Below, one piece after another: positions 1 through 9,315 of a DNA stretch of 64,000 nucleotides. A model generated the notes under the pieces. The model saw only the letters and a program-made list of their open reading frames with translations, was not told where the DNA came from and did no database searches. The stretch covers positions 192,001 through 256,000 of the forward strand of contig JAKFBU010000026.1 of assembly GCA_036676985.1 (NCBI GenBank), written 5' to 3'. This DNA comes from Candidatus Sericytochromatia bacterium (GTDB lineage Bacteria > Cyanobacteriota > Sericytochromatia > S15B-MN24 > UBA4093). The position numbers and the translations under genes were made by a program. Position 1 is the stretch's first letter. Every line of letters begins with the position of its first letter.

Positions 1-1
1 C

Positions 2-1204
2 GACGAAGAGGGCAAGGCGACCTTCGAGGGTCTGCCCGAGGGCGACGGCTACACCGTGACCGCCGAGTACAACGGCGCGACCGGCAAGCAGACCGGCGTC
101 TCCATCAGCGGCGAGACCACGGCCGTCACCATCACCCTCAAGGTCGGCAACGGCCCCGGCGGCATCATCGCCGGCACCGTCAAGATCGCCAACACCGAGC
201 GCACCCTGCCCGGCGCCAAGGTCGAAGTGGTGGGCACCGCCATCTCGACCACCGCCGACGCCACCGGCCACTACCAGCTGGAGGACGTGCCCGCGGGTCA
301 GCAGCAGATCAAGGCGAGCTACTCGGGTTACTACGACGGCGTCCGCGACCTGGCGGTCAAGCCCGGCACCTCGAACTCGCTGGTCATCGAGCTGGCTCCC
401 CAGTCGGCCGGCACCCGCGCTCAGCACACGGTCATCACGACGGCGCAGAGCATCGTCGAGGTCGACCAGTGGCACAACCCGCTCACCACCGCCCGGACCT
501 CCGAGGCGTGGAGCGCGATGGTCAACCGCTCGACCGGCAACATGCTCGTGGCCGACGCCTTCAAGAACACCGCCTACGAGGCCACCGAGCGCGGCACCAC
601 GCTCAAGAGCTTCAACGGCACCTCCTGGTGGAAGCTCGGCATCGGTGGCCTGAGCCGCCCCAAGGGCGCCAACTACACCACCTCGGGCACGGTGCTCGTG
701 GCGGACACCGGCAACAGCCGCGTGGTCGAGATCGACCAGAACGATCGCAAGATCTGGGAGTTCAAGACCCGCCTCAACGCCCCCCGCTGGGCCGAGCGCC
801 TGCGCAACGGCAACACCCTCATCGCGGACACCGGCAACAACCGCCTGGTGGAGATCAACTCGAACGGCACGCCCGTCTGGGGCCTGGGTGACGGCTCGAC
901 CTCGATCGTCAACCACCCGACCCACGTGATGCGCCTGCCCAACGGCAACACGCTCGTGACGGATTCCGGCAACAGCCGCGTGATGGAGGTCAACAACGCC
1001 GGGATGCTCGTGTGGATGGTCGGCGGCAGCCGCCCCATCGGCGACGGCGACAACCTCAAGAACCCCAACTGCGCCGTCCGTCTGCCCTCGGGCAACACGC
1101 TCATCGCGGACACGGGCAACAACCGGGTCATCGAGGTGGACGCCAAGAACACCATCGTGTGGAAGAACCAGGCCCCCGCGCCGCTCTTCGCCGACCGGCT
1201 GTAG
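2..1204 (+). CDS. Carboxypeptidase-regulatory-like (Ig/PEGA-like) domain plus NHL-repeat beta-propeller protein, 5'-truncated by window edge
   Basis: Frame open from base 2; GTVK...LPGAKVEV...TDATGHYQLEDVPAG-type beta-sandwich module; repeated LxNGNTLIADTGNNRxxE NHL-like repeats. Confidence 0.8.
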   Translation, partial: DEEGKATFEGLPEGDGYTVTAEYNGATGKQTGVSISGETTAVTITLKVGNGPGGIIAGTVKIANTERTLPGAKVEVVGTAISTTADATGHYQLEDVPAGQQQIKASYSGYYDGVRDLAVKPGTSNSLVIELAPQSAGTRAQHTVITTAQSIVEVDQWHNPLTTARTSEAWSAMVNRSTGNMLVADAFKNTAYEATERGTTLKSFNGTSWWKLGIGGLSRPKGANYTTSGTVLVADTGNSRVVEIDQNDRKIWEFKTRLNAPRWAERLRNGNTLIADTGNNRLVEINSNGTPVWGLGDGSTSIVNHPTHVMRLPNGNTLVTDSGNSRVMEVNNAGMLVWMVGGSRPIGDGDNLKNPNCAVRLPSGNTLIADTGNNRVIEVDAKNTIVWKNQAPAPLFADRL

Positions 1205-1212
1205 TAGAATCG

Positions 1213-1250
1213 AAAGAGGGCCCGGGGCAAGCGCCCCGGGCCCTCTTTTC
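1213..1250 (+). terminator. Intrinsic terminator
   Basis: AAAGAGGGCCCGGGGC-loop-GCCCCGGGCCCTCTTT followed by T/C run just after the stop codon. Confidence 0.8.
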
Positions 1251-1331
1251 TCAAAGGAACCGTTCGCACTTCGACCAGGCTCAGTGTGAACGGGATTGCT
1301 TGTTGGGCCTGTAGCTTCATGGGAAGGCGAA

Positions 1332-1637
1332 GTGGACCTACCTGCAAAGCTCATCGACAAGGGAATCCGACTGGCGGTGCGCCTGCAGCCCCGCTCGAGC
1401 AAGAACGAGGTCTGTGGCCTGTACGGCGAGGGCACCGAGAGCCGCCTCAAGCTCAAGCTGACGGCACCGCCGGTCGAGGGTGCGGCGAACGCCGCATGCC
1501 AGGCTTACCTCGCCGAGCTCTTCCAGATCGCCAAGAGCGAGGTGCGCCTGGTGGGCGGGGAAAAGTCCAAGGACAAGCTCTGGGACATCGCCGGAGACGC
1601 GCCGGCCCTCCTACGTCGGCTGGGGACCCTGCTCTAG
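1332..1637 (+). CDS. DUF167 (YggU/UPF0235) family protein
   Basis: VRLQPRSSKN, LTAPPVEGAAN and GEKSKDK motifs; GTG at 1332 after GGAAGG (TTG 1296 alternative). Confidence 0.85.
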   Translation: MDLPAKLIDKGIRLAVRLQPRSSKNEVCGLYGEGTESRLKLKLTAPPVEGAANAACQAYLAELFQIAKSEVRLVGGEKSKDKLWDIAGDAPALLRRLGTLL

Positions 1638-2128
1638 AGCGGCTGCTGGCGCGCCGCCGTATCGTAGGCGTCTCGGCTCGCGAACCAGATGTAGGCCAAG
1701 GACGTCAGGAGGCCGCCGGCATAGGCTCCGATGGTCGTCGTGAAGTAGGGCCCGTTGTTGAAGGCATGCTCGAAGTTCTGGCCCACCAGCAGGCCCAGGA
1801 TGACACCGACGGTCGGAAGAGCCGCTCCGCCCAGCGTCCACATGGTGCCCCGCCAGGGATCGCCGGCATAAAAATGGCCGATGCCGCTCAGCGGAGGGCC
1901 GACCATGAGGCCGAGGGGGCCTGCTGCCAGCGCCGCGCCGCCGATGCCGAGCGGAACCAACAGGCTCAGGTTCGCCGCCAGCCGGGGATCGGGTCCCGTG
2001 CGCTGGGTGGGCGTCGCCGCGAGCGCCTCTGAGCGCAAGGCCAGGGCGTCGAGGTTTCTAGGCTCGGCCGCAAGCGCGGGCATCGAGAGGGAAAGTGCCA
2101 GGGTAGCAGCGAAAAGGGGTCGGGACAT
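1634..2128 (-). CDS. Hypothetical membrane protein with signal peptide (paralogue of 3570..4082)
   Basis: ATG 2128 after GGAGG; ALA signal peptide, hydrophobic helices, GHFYAGDPWRG motif shared with paralogue. Confidence 0.75.
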   Translation of the reverse strand: MSRPLFAATLALSLSMPALAAEPRNLDALALRSEALAATPTQRTGPDPRLAANLSLLVPLGIGGAALAAGPLGLMVGPPLSGIGHFYAGDPWRGTMWTLGGAALPTVGVILGLLVGQNFEHAFNNGPYFTTTIGAYAGGLLTSLAYIWFASRDAYDTAARQQPL

Positions 2129-2143
2129 AAGGGAATCCTCCAC

Positions 2144-2257
2144 TCAGTGGTCGTCGACGCGCTGAAACTCCTGCAGCCTTAGGTGGATGGCAGCGCTACG
2201 GCTGGGATGCCCCCGGATTATAAGCCATGCTTGCTCCGTCAGGCCAGCGTCCTGGGC
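2144..2257 (-). pseudogene. Remnant of the 3' end of the HD-domain gene at 4142..4633
   Basis: Translates AQDAGLTEQAWLIIRGH...RLQEFQRVDDH*, matching AQAAGLPEQACLIIREH...WLAEFQRIDDD*; no recognisable 5' part. Confidence 0.75.
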
Positions 2258-2392
2258 CGGTCCAGGCTGTTCGGGGTGGGTCAGCGCGTGAGTGGATGCG
2301 GTATTGCCCGGTTGGTCGCGCTCATCGAGGCAATCGGCCGACTATTTTATCGCCGCCGCGAGGGAGGGATCATCGCAGGCGCTGGAGGTGAG

Positions 2393-3568
2393 ATGGGTCG
2401 AGACGAGAGCACGCGGTTCACCCCGCACGACCTGGGCTTCGGCATCCTCTTCGACGCCCTCAACGAGGCGGTGGTCGTCGCCGACGCGGCGAGCGATCGC
2501 ATCGTCCTCTGGAACCCTGCGGCCGAGCGCCTGCTCGGCTACTCCGCCGACGAGGCCCGCGAGATGCAGGTCAACGATCTGGTGCCGGAGCCCTTCAAGG
2601 CACGTCACCGGGAGGGCATGCGCCACTATGCCGCGACGGGCCATGGGCGGCTGGTCGATGGCAAGATTCCCTTCGAGATGCCGGCCCTGGCCAAGGATGG
2701 CCGGGAAGTCCCCGTGGAGATGACGCTCTCGCCGGTGCCCGCGGCGCGGGGCTTCGGACGCCTCGTGCTCGCGATCATGCGCGACATGACCGAGCGCCTC
2801 AGGAGCCAGCAGGAAAAGGAACAGTTGCAGGCGGACCGCATCCGGGCGCTCGAGGAGTCCCAGGTGCTGAAGGATCAGTTCATCAGCATCCTCTCCCATG
2901 AGCTGCGGACCCCCATCAACGCCATCACGGGGTTCGGCAGCCTGCTCGAAGACGACGTGGCGGGAACCCTCTCCCCGACGCAGCGCGACTATCTCGGCAA
3001 GATGCTGACCGGGGCCGATCACCTCCTGGTCCTCATCAATGACCTCCTGGACATGAGCCGCATCCAGGCGGGCCGCTTCTCGCTGCGGATGGGGCCGTTC
3101 CGCATGGAGGAGCTGGTGGCGGGTGTGGTCGAGAATCTGAGACCGCTCGCCGAGCAGAAAGGGATCCGCCTCTGTTCGCGGGTATCGGACGGGCTGCCGG
3201 TGGTCGTGGGAGACGCGGGGCGCATCTCCCAGGTGCTCGTCAACCTGGTCAACAACGCCATCAAGTTCAGCTCCCCGGACGGCGCCGTCGAGATCCGAGT
3301 CTCGGACGCCGGGGACGAGCTCTGCTGCACGGTGGTGGACACCGGCATCGGCATCGCGGAGGAGGATCTGCCCAAGCTCTTCAAGCCGTTCAGCCAGGTG
3401 GACATGACCTCGACCCGCAAGGTGGGCGGCACCGGTCTTGGCCTCTCCATCAGCAAGGCCCTCGTCGAGGCCCATGGCGGACACATCGGCGTGCTGAGCG
3501 CCCCCGACCGGGGCAGCACGTTCTGGTTCACGCTGCCGAAGGCCGGTCCGCCGTCCGACCGCGCCTGA
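2393..3568 (+). CDS. PAS-domain sensor histidine kinase
   Basis: PAS (WNPAAERLLGY), HisKA SHELRTP, NLVNNAIKF, DTGIGI, GTGLGL; ATG 2393 after GGAGGT. Confidence 0.92.
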   Translation: MGRDESTRFTPHDLGFGILFDALNEAVVVADAASDRIVLWNPAAERLLGYSADEAREMQVNDLVPEPFKARHREGMRHYAATGHGRLVDGKIPFEMPALAKDGREVPVEMTLSPVPAARGFGRLVLAIMRDMTERLRSQQEKEQLQADRIRALEESQVLKDQFISILSHELRTPINAITGFGSLLEDDVAGTLSPTQRDYLGKMLTGADHLLVLINDLLDMSRIQAGRFSLRMGPFRMEELVAGVVENLRPLAEQKGIRLCSRVSDGLPVVVGDAGRISQVLVNLVNNAIKFSSPDGAVEIRVSDAGDELCCTVVDTGIGIAEEDLPKLFKPFSQVDMTSTRKVGGTGLGLSISKALVEAHGGHIGVLSAPDRGSTFWFTLPKAGPPSDRA

Positions 3569-3569
3569 A

Positions 3570-4082
3570 CTACGGCTGACGGACCAGGGACAGCGCCCGG
3601 CGCTCGGCGGTGGCGTGGGCGTCCCGCGCGGCGAAGGCCGCGTAACCCGCGAGCGCGACGGCCCCCCCGACGAGGCCATAGACCGCGACCGTGCCCAGCG
3701 TCGAGTTGGCTGGCGTGACCTGCGCCACGCCCATGCCCGCCCCGAGCCCGAGCCCCATCCCGAGGGCCGGCACCACGAGACCGCCCAGGGAGAAGAGGGC
3801 GCCCCGGACGGGGTCGCCCGCGTAGACATGGCCCACACCGGCTCCGAGCGGGGCGACGATGACGGCGGCGGGACCCGCGACGGGTAGGGTCACGAGCGCG
3901 AAGACCACGGGGGCGACGAGGCTCAGGGTCGCGGCATAGGCCGGATCCGGCGGATCCGGCTGGTCGGAGGCCGAAAGCTCCGTCCGAGTCAGTGCCAGGC
4001 GCTCCAGCTCCGCCAAGGCGGGCGCGGGGGCGAGGAGCGAGACGGACAAGGCGATGGTGAGGGCTGGTGCGAAGCGGGCCAT
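3570..4082 (-). CDS. Hypothetical membrane protein with signal peptide (paralogue of 1634..2128)
   Basis: ATG 4082 after AGAGG; GHVYAGDPVRG and RDAHATA motifs shared with paralogue. Confidence 0.75.
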   Translation of the reverse strand: MARFAPALTIALSVSLLAPAPALAELERLALTRTELSASDQPDPPDPAYAATLSLVAPVVFALVTLPVAGPAAVIVAPLGAGVGHVYAGDPVRGALFSLGGLVVPALGMGLGLGAGMGVAQVTPANSTLGTVAVYGLVGGAVALAGYAAFAARDAHATAERRALSLVRQP

Positions 4083-4141
4083 GGGATCATCCTCTGGGCA
4101 GCCGAACGGTCCTGCCCTCATGGTACCAGGCTGAGCGCTCG

Positions 4142-4633
4142 CTAATCGTCGTCGATGCGCTGGAACTCCGCGAGCCATGCGTCGCCGGCGGCCGCGGCCC
4201 GGCCATGATGCTCCCGGATGATGAGGCACGCTTGTTCGGGGAGGCCGGCCGCTTGAGCGCGCTCGGCCCCGTAGAGCCCATGCCAGCGGTAGAGCTGCTG
4301 GGCCCAGCGCCAGGGCAGAACCCGGCGCGGGGTCGGTGTGATGCCAGGATCCGGGAAGAGGACGACGAAGATGCGCCACAGGAGGCCATAGCCCCGGGGC
4401 TTGCCGCAATCGTGTACGAGCGCCCCCTTGAGGGCCTCGAGGGGCGGGTTGAGGGCGGCGAACCGGCGCGCAACGGTGGTGCAGTGGTACTTGTCGTAGC
4501 GCTGCATCCCGTCGTAGAGCGCCAGCTCCGGGCCGTCCAGGAGGGATCTGGCCCAGGCCTCGTCCTCGGGCGAGACGCGCTTGGTGAGGAGGTCCCAGAC
4601 CTGCCGGACGCGGGCGCTTGCCTTGGTGCTCAC
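4142..4633 (-). CDS. HD-domain protein
   Basis: DKYH...ALVHDCGK...WHGLYGAE...IIREHH pattern; GTG start overlaps the upstream M50 stop (GTGA). Confidence 0.8.
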   Translation of the reverse strand: MSTKASARVRQVWDLLTKRVSPEDEAWARSLLDGPELALYDGMQRYDKYHCTTVARRFAALNPPLEALKGALVHDCGKPRGYGLLWRIFVVLFPDPGITPTPRRVLPWRWAQQLYRWHGLYGAERAQAAGLPEQACLIIREHHGRAAAAGDAWLAEFQRIDDD

Positions 4634-5274
4634 GGCAGGAGGTTGAAGACCCACCGAGCGGCCGTCTGGATCAGGACGGACAGGCCGTGGTTGGCGCCCG
4701 GCCACATGACCAGGAGCACCAGGAGGATGATGCCGTAGGGCAGTGCGTTGTAGTAGAGCTGCCGCAGGCCAGCGGGCAGGATGGCCGACCAGATGTGGCC
4801 GCCGTCCAGGGGCGGGATGGGCAGGAGGTTGAAGACCGCGAGCCCGATGTTCATGAAGAAGAAGGTCATGACGACGCCCGAGGCGGCCTGGTAGTCCGTG
4901 CCGAACGAGACGTACTTGAGGACGGCCGCCGCCGCGAGGGCCAAGAGGAGGTTCATGGCGGGGCCCGCGAACGAGACGAGCACCTCACCGTTCTTCATGC
5001 GCAGGTTGTTGGGGTTGAACTGGACGGGTTTGCCCCACCCGATGGGCGCGAACAGGATCATGATCGTGCCCAGCGGATCCAGGTGCGCGAGCGGGTTGAG
5101 CGTGACGCGCCCCTGCTGCTTGGGCGTGGGATCGCCCAGGGCGTAGGCCGTGGCCGCGTGGCCGAACTCGTGCACCGACAGGGACACGAGCAGGAGCGGC
5201 ACCCAGATGAGGGCGCGGTTGAGGAGGTCGTAGGCGTCGAAGCCCGCACCCGAGAAGATTCCAAACGAGAGCAT
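4630..5274 (-). CDS. Site-2 protease (peptidase M50)
   Basis: HEFGH zinc motif, GRVTLNPLAHLD, AGPAMN, FNLLPIPPLDG. Confidence 0.93.
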   Translation of the reverse strand: MLSFGIFSGAGFDAYDLLNRALIWVPLLLVSLSVHEFGHAATAYALGDPTPKQQGRVTLNPLAHLDPLGTIMILFAPIGWGKPVQFNPNNLRMKNGEVLVSFAGPAMNLLLALAAAAVLKYVSFGTDYQAASGVVMTFFFMNIGLAVFNLLPIPPLDGGHIWSAILPAGLRQLYYNALPYGIILLVLLVMWPGANHGLSVLIQTAARWVFNLLP

Positions 5275-5297
5275 CAAGTCGTCCTTTCTACGGACAA

Positions 5298-7895
5298 TTA
5301 TACCGATTGGCCCCGTTCGTGCAGGAGACGCCGTGCCATCGCCTCCTCGTCCTCGGGCGTCGGGAGCGTCCCGGCGCGCTTCGCGTCCAGCATGGCCTCC
5401 AGGATCTCCCGGAAATGGGGGCCGGGCGCCGCCCCCTGGGCCTTGAGCCACTCCCCGTCCACCCGCTCGAGCCGGAGATCGCGGAGGACCGCGGCGTAAT
5501 GCCGAAGCCGGCGCCAGAGGCGCGGACTCGAGGAGGTGGCGGCGAGCGCCCACAGGGCCGCGTCCGGCAAGCCTTTCAGCCGGCGCGCGAGCTCGGCCTC
5601 CGTGAGCCGCTCCCACTCTTCAGACTCCCGCGCGAGCCGGGAGGTTCCCTCCCCGCATGCCTGGAGCGTCATGCGCTCGTCCCGGGTCAGGTGCAGGGGG
5701 GCGATCGCCCCCTCACGGGCCTCGGGCGTCAGGTCCTGCAGGAGGAGGGCCAGGGGAACAAGCCAGCGATCGCCCTCGGCCTCGGTCGTGCGGAAGCGGT
5801 ACCAGCGATCCAGCCGGCACAAGGTCTGGCGGAGGGCCGCCGACACCCGCAGCTCGGCGTGCAGCATGCGCCAGGCGTCGAGCCCGTCCAGGCGGGTGAC
5901 GAGCCTCGCCGCCTGCGGGAGGCCGAGCCCGAGCCGGAGCTCCAGCTTCAGACGCTCGCCGCCGAGCCCGTCGAAGCGTCCCGACTCCATGGCATAGCGG
6001 CCATAGGCCTCGGTGACGGCATCCATGCGGAAGCCGAGCTTGGTCTCGAAGCGCACGGCGCGGAAGAGCCGCACCGGGTCCTCGATGAAGCTGATGGGGT
6101 GCAGGACGCGCAGCACCCGCTCGCGCAGGTCCCGTACGCCGCCGAAGAAGTCCAAGAGCTCGCCGAAGGCCTCGGGGTTGAGGCGCATGGCGAGCGCGTT
6201 GATGGTGAAGTCGCGGCGCGAAAGGTCCTGCCGCACCGTCGAGGGAGAGACCACGGGCAGGGAGCCCGGGTAGGGGTAGTGCTCGACGCGCGCCGTCGCA
6301 AGGTCCAAGCGCTTGCCGCTCGGCAGGGTCACGTGCGCCGTGCCGAAGGGCTCGTGGACCTTGATCTTGGCGCCCAGCCGCGCGGCCAGATCCTTGGCGA
6401 GCGCAATGGCGTCCCCCTCGACCATGAGATCGATGTCGAAGCTCGGCCGCTCGAGCAGGAGGTCGCGCACGGCCCCGCCGATGAGGTAGGTGGGACGCGA
6501 GCCCGCGATGCGCCCCACCTCGTGCAGGACCTCTTGCCAGTCGGCGGGCCACATGGCCTTCAGGCGGTCTTCGAGGTCGTAGGAGGTGGGAGCGGCACCG
6601 GCTGCTTTGTCCCGGTCGTCGAGCGTGCGGATGAGGTCCGAGCGCGTCACGATGCCGACCAGTCGGCCCTCGTCCAGGACCAGCAGGCGCCCGATGTCCA
6701 GGCTCGTCATGCGCTCGCGGAGAGCCTCCAGCGGGGTGTCGGGGGCGACGGCCTCCACCCGACGAGCCACCATGCCCTTGATGGAGCGATCGCCGAAACC
6801 ATGGTGAAGGGCCCGATCCAGGTCCCGTCGGGAGATGACGCCCTGGGCCCGCCCCTCGTGCACCACGGGCATGGCCGTGTGGCCCCAGCGGCGCATGGAC
6901 TCCAGGGCCTCTGCGGCGGTGTCCTCGAAGGAGAGCGATCGCACGGGCGCGCTCATGAGGTCGCGGGCGACGGGGCCCGCGGTGGCAAGGCTGGGGAGGC
7001 GATCGCGGATCTCCTGGATCACCTCGGCGGGGTCGGGCCCCGGCGCCACGTGAGCACTCGCGGCCGTGGGGTGGCCGTGCGCCCCCCAGGGCGAGAGCAA
7101 CTCGCGCAGGTCGATGCCGGCTCGGGCGCGCGCCACGATCTGGGTGTGGCCCCCCGTCCGCACGGCCATCACGGCGAGGGTCGGGCGGAACAGGCTCATG
7201 AGCCGCTCGAGCACCACGGACTGCCCTTCGACCGCGTGGGGGTGGTCCAGGCCCACCAGGAGCACCGGCCCCTCCTTCTGGTCCTTGAGCTCCAGTTGGG
7301 GCAGCAGGTCGGTCAGGAGCTCCTGCTGGGCGGGCGTGAGCGGCGTATCCAGGTACTCGGAGACCTGGTCGAGCCGGGCGCCCTGCCGCAGGAGGTAGGC
7401 GACGGCCTCTGCGTCCTCGGGCGTGGTGCTCGGGAAGCTCAGGCGGCCCGTGTCCTCCATGACGCCGAGCAGCATGCCCGTCGCCTCCGGCGCGGTCAGG
7501 GTCTCGCCCGCCTTCTGCAGGCGGGTGGCGAGGATCGTGGTGGCGGCCCCGACGGGTCGGATCTCGTGGGGACCGGGGGGCAAGGGGCTCTCGAGGCGGG
7601 GATGGTGGTCCAGGATCTCCCAGGCGACGTCGGCGCGGTCCAATAGGGAGCGGACGTCGCCCGCGCGGGTCGCGTCCTGGGCGTCCACCAGGATCACGCG
7701 TTCGATCTCGGCCGGATCGAGGGCGGCGAAGTCCACCATGCCGAAGGCGTCGCGGTAGAGCCCGACGTAGCGCCGCACGTTCGCGTTGAGCGACGCCGGC
7801 AGCGCGATGAGCGCCCGGGGGTTCAGGTGCTTGGCCCCGATCATGGCCCCCAGGCTGTCGAAGTCGGCGTTGGTGTGCGTGAGGATGACGTCCAT
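5298..7895 (-). CDS. DHH-DHHA1-CBS-domain tRNA nucleotidyltransferase (probably A-adding type)
   Basis: N-terminal HTNADFD and DHH, CBS pair, class II NTase GGAVRD, DIDL, RRDFTINA, EDPVR. Confidence 0.9.
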   Translation of the reverse strand: MDVILTHTNADFDSLGAMIGAKHLNPRALIALPASLNANVRRYVGLYRDAFGMVDFAALDPAEIERVILVDAQDATRAGDVRSLLDRADVAWEILDHHPRLESPLPPGPHEIRPVGAATTILATRLQKAGETLTAPEATGMLLGVMEDTGRLSFPSTTPEDAEAVAYLLRQGARLDQVSEYLDTPLTPAQQELLTDLLPQLELKDQKEGPVLLVGLDHPHAVEGQSVVLERLMSLFRPTLAVMAVRTGGHTQIVARARAGIDLRELLSPWGAHGHPTAASAHVAPGPDPAEVIQEIRDRLPSLATAGPVARDLMSAPVRSLSFEDTAAEALESMRRWGHTAMPVVHEGRAQGVISRRDLDRALHHGFGDRSIKGMVARRVEAVAPDTPLEALRERMTSLDIGRLLVLDEGRLVGIVTRSDLIRTLDDRDKAAGAAPTSYDLEDRLKAMWPADWQEVLHEVGRIAGSRPTYLIGGAVRDLLLERPSFDIDLMVEGDAIALAKDLAARLGAKIKVHEPFGTAHVTLPSGKRLDLATARVEHYPYPGSLPVVSPSTVRQDLSRRDFTINALAMRLNPEAFGELLDFFGGVRDLRERVLRVLHPISFIEDPVRLFRAVRFETKLGFRMDAVTEAYGRYAMESGRFDGLGGERLKLELRLGLGLPQAARLVTRLDGLDAWRMLHAELRVSAALRQTLCRLDRWYRFRTTEAEGDRWLVPLALLLQDLTPEAREGAIAPLHLTRDERMTLQACGEGTSRLARESEEWERLTEAELARRLKGLPDAALWALAATSSSPRLWRRLRHYAAVLRDLRLERVDGEWLKAQGAAPGPHFREILEAMLDAKRAGTLPTPEDEEAMARRLLHERGQSV

Positions 7896-8022
7896 GCGGC
7901 CTCCCGGGAAGCCCGATGATACCACGCGGTTAAGGCTCGGGAAAGCTTGCCTTAAACCGCGTCACTCGGCCCCGGAAGGGGACGATAACTCCGTCAACAG
8001 CCCCTGAGAAAGGAGTCTGACG

Positions 8023-8790
8023 ATGGTAACCTTCCGCCGCGCCCTACTGTACTTCGCCTTTCTCCTCGTCATCTTCGTGCCCCTGCCGGCCTTCGCGCTG
8101 GAGACGCCGCAGGCCGTGCAGGCCCTCTCGAGCGCTGGCACCGCGGTCGGGTCGCCCCTGGTGGACGGCAACGGCAGCCCGTACCTGGATGCCCGGGGCA
8201 ACGCCATCACCGTCACGGCGAACACCACCGAGTACGGTCAGGCCACGGCCACCTCGATTGCCAACACCCTGCGCATGCCCGTGGGAGACCTCCTGGCGCA
8301 GTCGCAGGCCCTCGGCATCTCGATCCCCCTGATGATGACGGGCAAGACGACCACCGTCACCCGCAGCGACGGCGGCGTCGAGCGCATCTTCTCCTTCACG
8401 GCCGCCAACGGCGACACCTACGTCTTCCTGGCGGACCAGACGGGCCCCAACGTCTACGGCGTCCGGATCGCCAACGTCAAGCCCAGCGGCATGGGCACCA
8501 TCTTCACGGCGCACGGCCTCAACGGGAACTTCACCAACCCGCCCTGGTACCTCTCCAAGGAGGCCAAGCAGCAGTACTGGATGAACACCCTCGTGGCCCA
8601 GGTCTTCACGCCCGCACCGCCCCCCGTGGCCCCGACCATCCCGGATCCCGCCGTGCCCGTGGCTCAGGGCGGCCGGACGACCATCGGCGACCAGGCGTAC
8701 GTCTCGGACTACTCGTTCAGCAACGTTCCGGTCACCCTGAGCGGGGCCCAGAAGCGGGTCGCCCTGTCGGTGGTGCGGCGCAACAAATAG
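8023..8790 (+). CDS. Hypothetical secreted protein
   Basis: AAGGAG RBS, signal peptide ending AFA, typical codon usage. Confidence 0.75.
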   Translation: MVTFRRALLYFAFLLVIFVPLPAFALETPQAVQALSSAGTAVGSPLVDGNGSPYLDARGNAITVTANTTEYGQATATSIANTLRMPVGDLLAQSQALGISIPLMMTGKTTTVTRSDGGVERIFSFTAANGDTYVFLADQTGPNVYGVRIANVKPSGMGTIFTAHGLNGNFTNPPWYLSKEAKQQYWMNTLVAQVFTPAPPPVAPTIPDPAVPVAQGGRTTIGDQAYVSDYSFSNVPVTLSGAQKRVALSVVRRNK

Positions 8791-8804
8791 GCTCATGGAC
8801 GACG

Positions 8805-8838
8805 ACGGGGGCGCCTCTCGCCGGAGAGGCGCCCCCGT
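8805..8838 (+). terminator. Strong hairpin, probable terminator
   Basis: ACGGGGGCGCCTCTC-loop-GAGAGGCGCCCCCGT; no clear U-tract. Confidence 0.55.
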
Positions 8839-8857
8839 GCTGTCCGGCGCCGATCTC

Positions 8858-8866
8858 TGCTATAAT
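8858..8866 (+). promoter_or_regulatory. Extended -10 promoter of ssb operon
   Basis: TGcTATAAT about 50 bp upstream of the ssb start. Confidence 0.7.
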
Positions 8867-8913
8867 CGTTAAATTCTTCTTTAAACAGCAACATCCCGCG
8901 AGGAGGCCTTCAA

Positions 8914-9303
8914 ATGCTCAATTCGGTGGTCCTGGTCGGCCGCGTCGGAGCCGATCCCGAGATCAAGTACTTCGAGACCGGTCGCGTCAAGACGACCTTC
9001 AACTTGGCGGTCAACCGCCCGGTCAAGCGCACCGAGGGCGTGGACAGCACCGATTGGTTCCGGATCGAGCTCTGGGGCAAGCAGGCCGAGATCGCCAACG
9101 AGTACGTCCGCAAGGGCAGCCTGATCGGCATCCAGGGCCGGCTCGAGTTCAGCCGCTGGACCGACGCCAACGGCGCCAAGCATGAGATGCCCATCATCTC
9201 CGCCAACAACCTGCGCCTCCTGGGCAGCCGCTCGGACAATCAGATGGCCGGAGCCGGCAGCCGCGGCGGCTACGACGAGGGCGGGTTCGACCCCGGCTTC
9301 TAA
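8914..9303 (+). CDS. ssb: Single-stranded DNA-binding protein (short, cyanobacterial-like)
   Basis: NSVVLVGRVGADPE, TDWFRIELWGKQAE, YVRKGSLIGIQGRL. Confidence 0.93.
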   Translation: MLNSVVLVGRVGADPEIKYFETGRVKTTFNLAVNRPVKRTEGVDSTDWFRIELWGKQAEIANEYVRKGSLIGIQGRLEFSRWTDANGAKHEMPIISANNLRLLGSRSDNQMAGAGSRGGYDEGGFDPGF

Positions 9304-9315
9304 GCCGCACGCGCC

